A DNA stretch of 63,618 nucleotides, the filler included. It is 6 parts of 6 records of this genome, joined end to end, with 100 filler letters (N's around TTAATTAATTAA, not from the genome) between each part and the next. Parts side by side here need not be neighbours in the genome. Positions count along the whole stretch, not along the records: positions 37,922 to 48,616 come from SRR9188677_89; positions 48,717 to 52,589 come from SRR9188677_98; 4 more parts are not named here. One strand, written 5' to 3'. Below the pieces are notes generated by a model. That model was not told the DNA's origin. It ran no database searches and worked only from the letters and a program-made list of their open reading frames with translations. The translations under genes were made by a program, and so were the position numbers. Positions 39,488 to 49,574 of the stretch are shown piece by piece; within the stretch, counting starts at the first letter, position 1, and every line of letters begins with the position of its first letter.

Positions 39488-42400
39488 ATGTCAAAAAATC
39501 GACAATTTAACAAGATTCCGATTAAGATCATGCGAATCAGTTTATTCCAAACCATTATTACCTTTCTGTGTATGTCGTTCGCAAATGCGGGAACTACACA
39601 TGCTCAGGAAATACTTGACCAAAAGGTAAGTATCAACGTTAGTCAGCAAGAAGTTGAAAAGATTCTTGAAAAGATAGAAACCGAGGCGAATATCAAGTTT
39701 ATGTATAGTCCTCAGTTGATTATGGCTAATAGAAAAGTAAGTCTTGTCGTAAAGAAAGAGAAACTTTCAACGGTTTTAGAAGAATTGTTAAAGCCTTTGA
39801 AAATAAATTATGAAGTAGTCGGTAGAAAAATCCTACTCAAAAGATTGAATGCCAAAACCACTTCTAAAATTGATGGAGAAGACAATTTGGGTTTTTTAGA
39901 AAGTAGCATAGAGCAAACCATCAAAGGGAAAATCACGGATGCCGAAAATAATGAAACCATTGCAGGCGTAAGTATTGCTATAAAAGGTACAACGCAAGGT
40001 ACTACAACCGATGCCAATGGAAATTTTTCATTGGTGGTTCCCAACGAAAAAGCAGTATTAGTCATTACTTCGGTTGGATATGACCCACAAGAAATAACAG
40101 TTGGAAATCGCTTTTCAATTAACATCAGTTTAGTGCCTGATAGCAAAAAACTGAATGAAGTAGTTGTGGTAGGTTATGGAACGCAAAAAGTAACCAATGT
40201 TTCTGGAGCAATTGCTACGGTAAAAGGTGCTGATATTGAAAAACTTCGCCCAGTTCGTCCAGAAGATGCACTTCAGGGTAGAGCTTCAGGTGTTACCGTT
40301 ATTTCAAATGGTTCACCAGGTTCAAAACCAACAGTATTGATTAGAGGTATTCCTTCTTTTTCGGGAACAGACCCCGTCGTAATTATTGATGGCGTACCAC
40401 AAACTTTAAATGATTTTAATTCTATCAATTCTGCCGATATTGAATCAATGAACGTATTGAAAGATGCGGCAACTACAGCTATTTACGGTGTAAAAGGTGG
40501 AAATGGTGTGATTGTAGTAACTACAAAAAGTGGTGGAAAGAATCAAAAAGCAGAAATTTCTTACAGTAGTAATTATGGCGTTCAGCAAGTAATGCAAACT
40601 ATTGGCGTATTAAATGCAACAGAATACGGAGCGATTTTGAACGAAGGAAGTTTGGTTGCTGGCGGAGGATTGATTTTTAAAGATTTATCAACTTTGGGTG
40701 TTGGAACAGATTGGCAAAAACAAATTTTCAAAGATGCTCCTTTGCAATCGCACAATGTTTCGGTAAAAGGAGGAAGTGACAAAGTTCAGTACTTTCTTTC
40801 TGGTGGATATTTAGGGCAAGATGGTATTGTTGGCGGTGGTGAAAATTCAAATTTTAACCGTTTGAATTTTACTACAAACCTTACTTTTCAGATTGCTCCC
40901 AAATTAAAATTCTTGGCAAATACCAGTTATGTAAATATTAAAAGTGTAGGTGTCCAAGAAAACTCTTTCAATTCAGTAATTGGAAGTGCCTTGAACTTTG
41001 ACCCAACTGTTTCTGTATTGAATACCGTACCGAATACTGTAGGGAAATATGGCTTTAGTAATTTATTACTTTCAGAGATTTTTAATCCTTTGACAAAACT
41101 GGATAACAACTACAATGAAAGTAACGGAAATAAATTATATGGGAAATTAGAGCTACAATACGAAGTAATCAAAAACTTGACGCTTTCTTCTCGTTTTGGT
41201 TATACCAATTTTAATAACACTTACAAATCGTTTACGCCACTCGTTTTTTATGGTCCTTTGAATGTAGAAAACTCTATGAATGCCGATGGCTCAACCGTTA
41301 CTGGCAGACATAACAGCGTTTACGAATCTAAACGAACCGACAATACTTATACTTTTGAAACTTTCGGTACTTATAATTTCAAAATTAATAATGACCATAA
41401 TTTTGAAACAGTATTAGGGATTTCATTCGCTAAAATAGCTGGCGACGAAATCAATGGTTCAAGACAAGATGTTCCTTTTAATTCATGGACTTTCGCAGAC
41501 CTTACTTCTGCAACAGGTATCAATACTGCTACCAATACCAATGCGCAAACAGTTGGTAATGGACAATATTTTAGAAAAAACCTTTCTTACTTCGGTAGAG
41601 TAAACTATGATTATAAAGACAAATATTTAGTATCGTTTTCTGCTCGTCGTGATGGTTCTTATGCTTTTGGGATTGATAATAAATTTGCCAATTTCTATGC
41701 GGGTTCTTTGGGCTGGGTAATTTCAAATGAAGATTTCTTTAGTGTTGATTTCTTGAATTACTTGAAAATCAGAGGAAGTTATGGATCTATTGGTAACGAA
41801 AACGTTAATCCGCAATATGTAGGTATTATTTCTGGCGGACCAAGTTACGCAGGCGATGCTAACAGTAATGGTTATACTTTTGGCAATACTTTTACGACGG
41901 GTTCTACGGTGGGTTCTTATGCCAATACCACTTTGCGTTGGGAGAAACAGCTACAAAGCAACGTTGGTTTTGATGTTCGTTTTGGTGATAATAAATGGTC
42001 TCTTTCAGCAGATTATTTTGATAAATCGGTTGATGGTTTATTATTTACGCCTTCTATTTCATTGTACTTGGGTGCTGCTGCTGCACCAACTGCGAATATT
42101 GGTTCAACTAAAAGTAGTGGTGTTGATTTGAATCTTGGTTACAATGCTGAAATCTTGAAAGATTTAAAACTGAATACTAACGTTACTTTTACTACTTCTA
42201 AAAATTTAGTAACCGCTACTAATTCAGATGGAACAGCTATTATTCCGGGTGGTTCGTATTTCAACGGACAATCACAAACGGCTACTCGTTTCCAACAAGG
42301 TTTTGCTCCGGGTTATTTCTACGGATTTAAAACCAATGGACTTTTTCAAAATACTTCACAAATCGCCGAAGCTCCAAAACAAACGGGTGCAGTTCCGGGT

Positions 42401-42961
42401 GATATTCGTTTCGTAGATGTCAATGGAGACGGTCAAATTACCGATTTAGATAAAACGCAAATCGGAAACCCTTTCCCTGATTTTACCTTGGGTTGGAACG
42501 TTGGCATTACTTATAAAAATCTTGATGTAAACGTATTTACTTATGCGTCTGTGGGAAATGATATTTACAGAGCTTACGAAAGAAATGCGATTTACTCTAA
42601 CAAATTTAGATCTGTTTTAGGAAGATGGACGGGCGAAGGTTCAACTAACGATGCCAATAATCCACGTTTTTCATTTGTTGATGCTAACAGTAATATCAGG
42701 GTTTCGGACCGCTATGTGGAAGATGGTTCTTTCGTGAAAATCAAAAATGTTCAGATTGGTTATACATTACCATACTCTTTAGTGCCTAAGAAAGTAGTGA
42801 ATAAAATCCGCATTTATGCACAAGTAAAAAATGCTTTCACTTTCACGAAATATTCAGGTTATGACCCAGAAGTACCGGGTGGCGTGTTAGATACAGGCGT
42901 TGACCGTGGTACTTATCCGCAAGCAAGAACTTGGTCTGTTGGTGTGGATGTAAGATTTTAA
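39488..42961 (+). CDS. SusC-like TonB-dependent transducer with N-terminal signalling (STN) domain
   Basis: N-terminal extension; VLKDAATTAIYG..GGNGVIVVTTK; YPQART..C-terminal F. Confidence 0.95.
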   Translation: MSKNRQFNKIPIKIMRISLFQTIITFLCMSFANAGTTHAQEILDQKVSINVSQQEVEKILEKIETEANIKFMYSPQLIMANRKVSLVVKKEKLSTVLEELLKPLKINYEVVGRKILLKRLNAKTTSKIDGEDNLGFLESSIEQTIKGKITDAENNETIAGVSIAIKGTTQGTTTDANGNFSLVVPNEKAVLVITSVGYDPQEITVGNRFSINISLVPDSKKLNEVVVVGYGTQKVTNVSGAIATVKGADIEKLRPVRPEDALQGRASGVTVISNGSPGSKPTVLIRGIPSFSGTDPVVIIDGVPQTLNDFNSINSADIESMNVLKDAATTAIYGVKGGNGVIVVTTKSGGKNQKAEISYSSNYGVQQVMQTIGVLNATEYGAILNEGSLVAGGGLIFKDLSTLGVGTDWQKQIFKDAPLQSHNVSVKGGSDKVQYFLSGGYLGQDGIVGGGENSNFNRLNFTTNLTFQIAPKLKFLANTSYVNIKSVGVQENSFNSVIGSALNFDPTVSVLNTVPNTVGKYGFSNLLLSEIFNPLTKLDNNYNESNGNKLYGKLELQYEVIKNLTLSSRFGYTNFNNTYKSFTPLVFYGPLNVENSMNADGSTVTGRHNSVYESKRTDNTYTFETFGTYNFKINNDHNFETVLGISFAKIAGDEINGSRQDVPFNSWTFADLTSATGINTATNTNAQTVGNGQYFRKNLSYFGRVNYDYKDKYLVSFSARRDGSYAFGIDNKFANFYAGSLGWVISNEDFFSVDFLNYLKIRGSYGSIGNENVNPQYVGIISGGPSYAGDANSNGYTFGNTFTTGSTVGSYANTTLRWEKQLQSNVGFDVRFGDNKWSLSADYFDKSVDGLLFTPSISLYLGAAAAPTANIGSTKSSGVDLNLGYNAEILKDLKLNTNVTFTTSKNLVTATNSDGTAIIPGGSYFNGQSQTATRFQQGFAPGYFYGFKTNGLFQNTSQIAEAPKQTGAVPGDIRFVDVNGDGQITDLDKTQIGNPFPDFTLGWNVGITYKNLDVNVFTYASVGNDIYRAYERNAIYSNKFRSVLGRWTGEGSTNDANNPRFSFVDANSNIRVSDRYVEDGSFVKIKNVQIGYTLPYSLVPKKVVNKIRIYAQVKNAFTFTKYSGYDPEVPGGVLDTGVDRGTYPQARTWSVGVDVRF

Positions 42962-43101
42962 ATTTGGGATTTCAGCTTTCGGATTTCAGTCATCAGTTTT
43001 TTGACTTCTAATTTCGGTTTTCAGTAATTAAAGCTGATAATCTAAGCGTAAATAAAATGTCAGATTCCAAATCCGACAACCGAAATCCGAGGTCCGAAAG
43101 T
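42962..43101. repeat. Intergenic inverted repeat of heptamer-like units between susC and susD
   Basis: ..GGGATTTCAGCTTTCGGATTTCAG.. opposite ..CCAAATCCGACAACCGAAATCCGAGGTCCGAAAG.. Confidence 0.55.
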
Positions 43102-43126
43102 AATTAAATTTTAAGAAAAACTAACA

Positions 43127-44626
43127 ATGAAAAATATAAAAAATACTCTCTGTTTTCTGTTCATTACAATGGTTTTTACTAGCTGTAGTGAATGGGTTGA
43201 CTATAGTCCAAAAGATGATTATAGAGTAACCGACCAAGATTATTTGAAATCTTCTGCTGATTATCAAAGCATGGGTGTAAGTGTTTATACACCAATACAA
43301 TGGTTGAACCAATTAGTGCCAGTGGGGGATATTGCTTCTGATAATGCAGTAGCAGGAGGTGAAAATGCCTCTGACGTACTAGATTTACAGAATATTGATG
43401 ACCTCACACTTACTGCACAAAATGGAACTTTAGCCGAAATCTGGAAGGCTTCTTACGAAGGCATCAATCGTGCGAATTATCTGTATCAATACAAAGACAA
43501 AAATCCAGCAGGCGAAGTAATTGCTTTTCCTGAAAAAGAAGCCATGTATGGCGAAGTAGCATTTTTAAGAGCTTACTATTATTTCACTTTGGTAAAAGTT
43601 TTCGGAAATGTGCCTTTGTTTGTGGATAAAAAGTTGGGAATTGCTGATTCAAGAACAATGAAACAAGCACCTAAAGCAGATGTTTATGCGCAAATTGAAA
43701 AAGATTTGACCAATGCAATCGCCGTTTTACCAAGTACTGACCCTAAAAATGGTAGAATCACCAAATTTGCGGCACAAGCACTTTTAGGAAAAGTTTATTT
43801 GTATCAAAATAAGTTTGATTTAGCCGCAGGAGTATTAAAAAGTGTAATTGATGGACCTTATTCTTTAGTAGCAAATTTTGGAGATATTTTCTTGCAATCT
43901 GGTGAAAATGGTGCTGAAGCTGTCTTTGAAATTCAATATTCAAATCTTTCTCCTTATTACAATTGGGGTGGTGTTACTCGTGGACAAGGAAATTTAGCAG
44001 TTCAGCAATGTGGTATTCGTGGCATCACAGGGAATAGTCCGTATGCAGCAGGTTGGAGTACCAATTTACCAACGCAAGATTTAGCCAATGCTTATCAGGC
44101 TGGTGATAAAAGAAAAGAGGTTACTTGTTTGGACATCGAAGCATATAAAAATGCTAATCCAAATTTAGGCATTACTTATCAAGTAGCTCCTTATAAAAAT
44201 ACTGGTTTGTATAACCAAAAATATCTGCCAAGAAAAGGAGAAACCAGCGGACAAATCGAACTGAATTATTTGAATAATCAACGTATTATCCGTCTTTCGG
44301 ATGTCTATTTGATGTATGCTGAAGCTTTGAATCGTAAAGCTTCTCCAGATGATGTCAATGCGCAATTGTACTTGAATAAAGTTCGTCAAAGAGCCTTCGG
44401 AGACAATGCACATAACATTTCGGCTACCGGAAATACTTTGAAAGAAGCAATCTGGACTGAACGTAGATTAGAATTAGGCATGGAAGGCGACCGCTTTTTC
44501 GACTTGGTTCGTACTGGACAAGCGGCTACGAAAATCAAAAATTTTGTTGTTGGAAAGAACGAAGTATTTCCAATTCCACAAGCTGAAATTGATGTTTCTG
44601 GCTTGGTACAAAATGCTGGTTATTAA
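43127..44626 (+). CDS. SusD/RagB lipoprotein
   Basis: Lipobox FTSC; IRLSDVYLMYAEA; ERRLELGMEGDRFFDL; FPIP..QNAGY. Confidence 0.95.
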   Translation: MKNIKNTLCFLFITMVFTSCSEWVDYSPKDDYRVTDQDYLKSSADYQSMGVSVYTPIQWLNQLVPVGDIASDNAVAGGENASDVLDLQNIDDLTLTAQNGTLAEIWKASYEGINRANYLYQYKDKNPAGEVIAFPEKEAMYGEVAFLRAYYYFTLVKVFGNVPLFVDKKLGIADSRTMKQAPKADVYAQIEKDLTNAIAVLPSTDPKNGRITKFAAQALLGKVYLYQNKFDLAAGVLKSVIDGPYSLVANFGDIFLQSGENGAEAVFEIQYSNLSPYYNWGGVTRGQGNLAVQQCGIRGITGNSPYAAGWSTNLPTQDLANAYQAGDKRKEVTCLDIEAYKNANPNLGITYQVAPYKNTGLYNQKYLPRKGETSGQIELNYLNNQRIIRLSDVYLMYAEALNRKASPDDVNAQLYLNKVRQRAFGDNAHNISATGNTLKEAIWTERRLELGMEGDRFFDLVRTGQAATKIKNFVVGKNEVFPIPQAEIDVSGLVQNAGY

Positions 44627-44656
44627 TTCAGACTCATATTTTCTAAATGAATTTCG

Positions 44657-46738
44657 ATGAAAAATATACATAAATTTTTATCCATGTTAGCCTTTATCGC
44701 TATCATGTCGGCATGTAATGAAAAGCTTTTTGATGATATTTCTTTTCTTGAAACTGCCTCATCACCCGCAAAAATGTCAGCTCTTTTTGACATCACCCAA
44801 GACAATACGGGTTTAGTAACCATCACGCCAAATGGCGAAGGCGTTGCCACTTTCTCTGTAAATTTTGGTGATGGTACCGCTTCGCCCGTAACTGTCGATG
44901 CAGGAAAAAGCATACAACACAAATATGCAGAAGGTATTTATAGCGTAAAATTGGATGGAAAAGGAGTCACTGGAAAAGTATCAGAAAGTACGCAAGAACT
45001 TACAGTCTCTTTTAAAGCACCAGAAAATGTAGAAGTAAATTCTACTATCGACCCAGCAAATCCTTTCAAAGTAAATGTTTCAGCAAAAGCGACAAACGAA
45101 ACTTTGTTTAAAGTGTATTTTGGAGATGTTGCTAATGAAGTACCGATGTCTTTTTTAGAAGGTGCAACCGTTAGCCATACTTATACAGCGGTAGGAAATT
45201 ATGCGATGAAAGTAGTGGCTTTGAGTGGTGGAAAAGCAATAACCGAAGTGAAAAAGACGATAAACATTGTCAGTCCTGTGGTATTACCACTTGACTTTGA
45301 AACGGCTGGACAAACCTATAAATTCAGCAATTTTGAAGGTGGTGATGTTTCTGTAATTGCCAATCCGCAAGTTAGTGGTATTAATACTTCTTCAAAAGTG
45401 GCTAAGATGGTGAAAAATCCGGGACAAACTTATGGTGGAAGTTTAATTACTTTGGGTGCTTCGATGGACTTTTCTGTGAATAAATTCTTCTCAATGAAAG
45501 TGTTTTCTCCAAGAGTAGGTGCAAAAGTTTTATTGAAAGTAGAAAATGCTTCAAATGGTTCACAAAGTTTTGAGAAAGAACTTACTACAAGCAAAGCAAA
45601 TGTTTGGGAAGAATTAATCTTCGATTTCAGTGCTATTAATACAGCTAATTCATATCAAAATATCGTGTTAATTTTTGATAATGGTACTCGTGGTGATGGT
45701 TCAGCTAATTTTACTTTCTTGTTTGATGATATTAAATTGATGAACCCTGTTGTTATTGCGCCAATCAATTTGCCTGTCACTTTTGATGAAGCTAATACGA
45801 ATTATACCGTAACAGATTTCGGAAATAATAGTACTATCGACGGCGTTGACCCAACTAATGCAAGTAATAAAGTAAAAATCACAACCAAGCCTTCTGGTGC
45901 TGAAACTTGGGCTGGAACTACTATCGGAACGCCAACAGGTTTTGCTTCTGCTATTAAGTTGACGGCTTCTAATCCTAAAATGAGTGTGAGAGTATATTCT
46001 CCAGCAGCGGGAATTCCAATCCGATTAAAAATTGAAGACCGTAATAATGCTTCTATCTCTGTTGAAACTGAAGTATTGACTAAATCTGCTAAAGCTTGGG
46101 AAGAATTAACCTTTGATTTTACCAAACAAGTAACAGGTACTTCTGCCCTTAATTTATCGAATACTTATCACAAAGCTTCCTTATTCTTTGATTTTGGAAC
46201 AGCGGGTAATGGTAAAGTTTTTTATTGGGATGATGTAAAAATCGCTACAGCTACTGAAACCAATAATACGCTTACTATTCCATTAACTTTTGAATCTACT
46301 TCTTTGAAATACGACTTCTTGAATTTCGACGGAGGAAATGCAACAGTCATTGCAAATCCGCATTCAAATGGAATCAATACAAGTTCGAAAGTGGCTCAAA
46401 TGATTAAAAATGGCGGTCAAGCTTGGGGTGGTGCTTTTATAACTTTAGAGAAAACGATAGATTTTTCTGTCGGTAAAACTTTTAAAATGAAAGTATATGC
46501 TCCGAAAATAGGCACTAAAGTTTTGTTGAAAGTAGAAAGTCTGACGGATGGTGGTGTCAGTTTTGAAAAAGAATTAAGTACGACAAAAGCCAATGCTTGG
46601 GAAGAACTAACTTTTGATTTCAGCGGAATTGATGTAAGCAAAAGCTATCAAAAAGTAGTCTTGATTTTTGATAATGGTACCAAAGGAGATGGCTCTGCGA
46701 ACTTCACTTATTTATTTGATGACATCATTCTTTATTAA
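44657..46738 (+). CDS. Surface glycan-binding lipoprotein: PKD domains plus three repeated CBM-like modules
   Basis: Lipobox MSAC; FGDG PKD motifs; three modules starting LP(L/V)(D/T)F(E/D) and containing WEEL.FDF...DD(I/V). Confidence 0.75.
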   Translation: MKNIHKFLSMLAFIAIMSACNEKLFDDISFLETASSPAKMSALFDITQDNTGLVTITPNGEGVATFSVNFGDGTASPVTVDAGKSIQHKYAEGIYSVKLDGKGVTGKVSESTQELTVSFKAPENVEVNSTIDPANPFKVNVSAKATNETLFKVYFGDVANEVPMSFLEGATVSHTYTAVGNYAMKVVALSGGKAITEVKKTINIVSPVVLPLDFETAGQTYKFSNFEGGDVSVIANPQVSGINTSSKVAKMVKNPGQTYGGSLITLGASMDFSVNKFFSMKVFSPRVGAKVLLKVENASNGSQSFEKELTTSKANVWEELIFDFSAINTANSYQNIVLIFDNGTRGDGSANFTFLFDDIKLMNPVVIAPINLPVTFDEANTNYTVTDFGNNSTIDGVDPTNASNKVKITTKPSGAETWAGTTIGTPTGFASAIKLTASNPKMSVRVYSPAAGIPIRLKIEDRNNASISVETEVLTKSAKAWEELTFDFTKQVTGTSALNLSNTYHKASLFFDFGTAGNGKVFYWDDVKIATATETNNTLTIPLTFESTSLKYDFLNFDGGNATVIANPHSNGINTSSKVAQMIKNGGQAWGGAFITLEKTIDFSVGKTFKMKVYAPKIGTKVLLKVESLTDGGVSFEKELSTTKANAWEELTFDFSGIDVSKSYQKVVLIFDNGTKGDGSANFTYLFDDIILY

Positions 46739-46756
46739 TCTAACATTCAGATAATC

Positions 46757-48370
46757 ATGATAACTAATAATATAAAATCATTTATACTCATTTTGTGTGC
46801 ATCGGTAATGAGTATTAGTGCTTGTAAACAAGCAGAATATGCTTTTGGAGATATTGTTGCGCCTTCAAATCTTACAATAACGGCTGATGTACAGGGAGTA
46901 GATGCGAACAATCCAAACGGAAATGGTTCTGGAAATGTGGTAATTTCAACCCTTGCCGACAAGGCTTTAACTTATAAAGTTGATTTTGGTGACGGAACTA
47001 CGCAAATGGTTCCTTCAGGAAAAATCACATATAAGTACAGTATTCCTGGTACTAAAGATTATACCATTACGGTAAGTGCTGTCGGAACGGGTGGAGCAGC
47101 TTCTACCTTGAGTAAAAAAGTAAAAGTATTTGTGGCTTTTGAAGTTCCTACGGATATTCTTACGGCTTTGACAAACAATGCTTCAAAAGTTTGGGTGACA
47201 GATAAAGATGCTTCTGGACACGTAGGTGTTGGTCCAGCAGATGCCTTTTCTCCAATTTGGTATGCAGCAGACCCAAATACTCGTCCTGCTTGTTTGTATG
47301 ATGATGAAATTACTTTTACAAAAGATGCCAACAACAACGTAGCAATGACTGTCGATAACAAAGGGCAATCTTCATTAATTGGTGCAGCTACTTCATATTA
47401 TGGTTTGGCTGGTGGCGATGGTTGTTATGATATAAGTACTACGGGTGCTAAAAATTTAATTTTTTCAGGAGCTACTTCTTCATCAACAACTGCAAATTCT
47501 ACTAGAGTACAATTTACAGTACCGGGAAATGGGATTGTAAATTTTGCAACAGGGAGTAATACGTATGAAATATTAGCACTTTCTGCCAACAGCATGACTT
47601 TAAGAACAATCGGTGCAGATGGAAATGCTTGGTTTACCAAATTGAAAGTAAAACAAGCCGAAGAACCCGTAACAGAAAAGAAATTGTTTTGGGCAGAAGA
47701 ATTTGATAAAGACGGTGCGCCTAATCCTGCTGTTTGGGGTTATGATTTAGGCAATGGAGATAATGGTTGGGGAAATGCTGAAAAACAATTTTATACCAAT
47801 CGCACTGAAAACATCCAAGTGAAAGATGGTCTATTGAAAATCACTGCTCAAAAAGAAAATTACAGTGGTTTTGCCTATACTTCGGCAAGAATTCAAACCA
47901 TGAATAAATTCTCTTTTACTTATGGAAGAGTAGATATTCGTGCTAAACTTCCTACAGGCGGAGGCACTTGGCCAGCTTTATGGATGTTAGGAAGTAATAT
48001 ACAAACTGTTGGTTGGCCAGCTTGCGGAGAAATAGATATTATGGAAGCCAAAGGCAACGAACCCAATAAAATTTACGGAACAATGCACCATCCTAATCAT
48101 GCAGGAGGAAATGCCGATAGTGGTAATACAACCATCACAAATGCTTCTACTGAATTTCATGTTTATTCAATAGATTGGTCGGCAAGTACTATCAAAATGT
48201 ATGTTGACAATAAGCTTTTTTACACTTTCACCAACACAAATGCTTTACCATTCAACAAGGATTTCTTTTTTATCATCAACTTCGCAATGGGCGGAACATT
48301 TGGCGGAGCGATTGATCCAAATTTTGTTACCTCAACGTTTGAAGTAGATTATATTAGGGTTTATAAATAG
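46757..48370 (+). CDS. GH16 endo-beta-1,3-glucanase (laminarinase-like) lipoprotein with PKD domain
   Basis: Lipobox ISAC; WPALWMLG; catalytic GEIDIME; FHVYSIDW; VDYIRVY. Confidence 0.92.
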   Translation: MITNNIKSFILILCASVMSISACKQAEYAFGDIVAPSNLTITADVQGVDANNPNGNGSGNVVISTLADKALTYKVDFGDGTTQMVPSGKITYKYSIPGTKDYTITVSAVGTGGAASTLSKKVKVFVAFEVPTDILTALTNNASKVWVTDKDASGHVGVGPADAFSPIWYAADPNTRPACLYDDEITFTKDANNNVAMTVDNKGQSSLIGAATSYYGLAGGDGCYDISTTGAKNLIFSGATSSSTTANSTRVQFTVPGNGIVNFATGSNTYEILALSANSMTLRTIGADGNAWFTKLKVKQAEEPVTEKKLFWAEEFDKDGAPNPAVWGYDLGNGDNGWGNAEKQFYTNRTENIQVKDGLLKITAQKENYSGFAYTSARIQTMNKFSFTYGRVDIRAKLPTGGGTWPALWMLGSNIQTVGWPACGEIDIMEAKGNEPNKIYGTMHHPNHAGGNADSGNTTITNASTEFHVYSIDWSASTIKMYVDNKLFYTFTNTNALPFNKDFFFIINFAMGGTFGGAIDPNFVTSTFEVDYIRVYK

Positions 48371-48420
48371 CCTAGCATTGAATATGGATAAATATTAGTA
48401 ATCCCAAATGTTAAAAGCAT

Positions 48421-48456
48421 AAATAGCGGTCAAAATTAGTTTTTTGACCGCTATTT
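48421..48456 (+). terminator. Intrinsic terminator ending the PUL
   Basis: AAATAGCGGTCAAAA...TTTTGACCGCTATTT followed by T-rich sequence. Confidence 0.75.
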
Positions 48457-48547
48457 ATTTAACGGAATGACAATCTCTTTTGTCTATGTTGGAGATAATT
48501 ACAACGAGGGAGAAAAAAATATGGTTTTGATAATTGGATACATTTAT

Positions 48548-48616
48548 ATCACCCCTTCGGGGTTTTAGAAATAATATCTTGCTCTGTTCTATAATCCTTT
48601 CATCCCTTCGGGATTT
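48548..48616. repeat. Pair of small REP-like hairpins
   Basis: ACCCC-TTCG-GGGT (48551-48563) and ATCCC-TTC-GGGAT (48602-48614) at the contig end. Confidence 0.5.
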
Positions 48617-48716
48617 NNNNNNNNNNNNNNNNNNNNNNNNNNNNNNNNNNNNNNNNNNNNTTAATTAATTAANNNNNNNNNNNNNNNNNNNNNNNNNNNN
48701 NNNNNNNNNNNNNNNN
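48617..48716. other. Artificial contig spacer
   Basis: N run + TTAATTAATTAA + N run. Confidence 0.98.
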
Positions 48717-48767
48717 AACAGCAAACATGCGTATATTTATGAGTTAGCTGTAATTAATTGAAATATT

Positions 48768-49349
48768 ATGCAAGTTGAAAGAGTAAAGATTGGCAATTAT
48801 TTATTTATAATTCATGAGCTTGAAAGCAAAGAAGAGAGAATGCTATTGGAGTCTACCAACAAAGGAACACCACTGGTTGGACAATATTCTTACCAAAAAC
48901 ACCAACCGCATAATCCAACAGGCGAATATCATGTGCACGTTTACAAAAAAAATAATGAAATATTTTCCATTAATAAAAGTGGCAAAGGTCACGATGGCTC
49001 AAGCGGAACAAGAATTCCAAATGATGTATTCAGTGCATTAAGCAGCAAATTTCCTGATTGGACTTGGCCCAAATCCCAAATCGTAGAATCCTTAAATCAT
49101 CAAATAATACTTGATAAAAATATGAAAGAAAATTTAAGACCGGTGCATGTTTCAAGGCATAGTTTAAATACGAAAGAAATTGAACATTTTGATGGTTATT
49201 TTCACACTTTCGCTGACGATCCATTTGTCACTGGAGGTAACGGAGGTTGGTTTGCAAAAACAATTGCCTTGGTGGAAGATGATAGAGGTAACATAAGAAA
49301 AGTAGGAGTAGATTCTTTGCGATTTATGGATGTCGAAGAATTTCTATAA
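48768..49349 (+). CDS. Hypothetical cassette protein with HQPH...YHVHVY...GHDGS motif
   Basis: 193-aa ORF filling cassette 1; family not recognised with confidence. Confidence 0.75.
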   Translation: MQVERVKIGNYLFIIHELESKEERMLLESTNKGTPLVGQYSYQKHQPHNPTGEYHVHVYKKNNEIFSINKSGKGHDGSSGTRIPNDVFSALSSKFPDWTWPKSQIVESLNHQIILDKNMKENLRPVHVSRHSLNTKEIEHFDGYFHTFADDPFVTGGNGGWFAKTIALVEDDRGNIRKVGVDSLRFMDVEEFL

Positions 49350-49350
49350 C

Positions 49351-49556
49351 TACAGCTAACAAAAATATTTGCAAAAGCTGGGCAGACGGAAGCCGTGTTT
49401 CAACTTTTGTTTTTCAATTTGGCTTCATATCGGGCAGGACGTTATTAATTTAGCTATGTGCAAACCATCAACTTTTATTTTTAAATTTAGCTTCAGGTAG
49501 CCGGGCGGACGGAAGTCCATTTCCCAGTCTTCGCAAATACTCGGTCATTATGTGTA
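49351..49556 (+). repeat. attC-like element 1
   Basis: TACAGCTAAC-aaaa-ATATTTGCAAAAGCTGGG ... CCCAGTCTTCGCAAATAC-tcggtc-ATTATGTGTA. Confidence 0.75.
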
Positions 49557-49574
49557 ATTATTTAAAACACTCCA

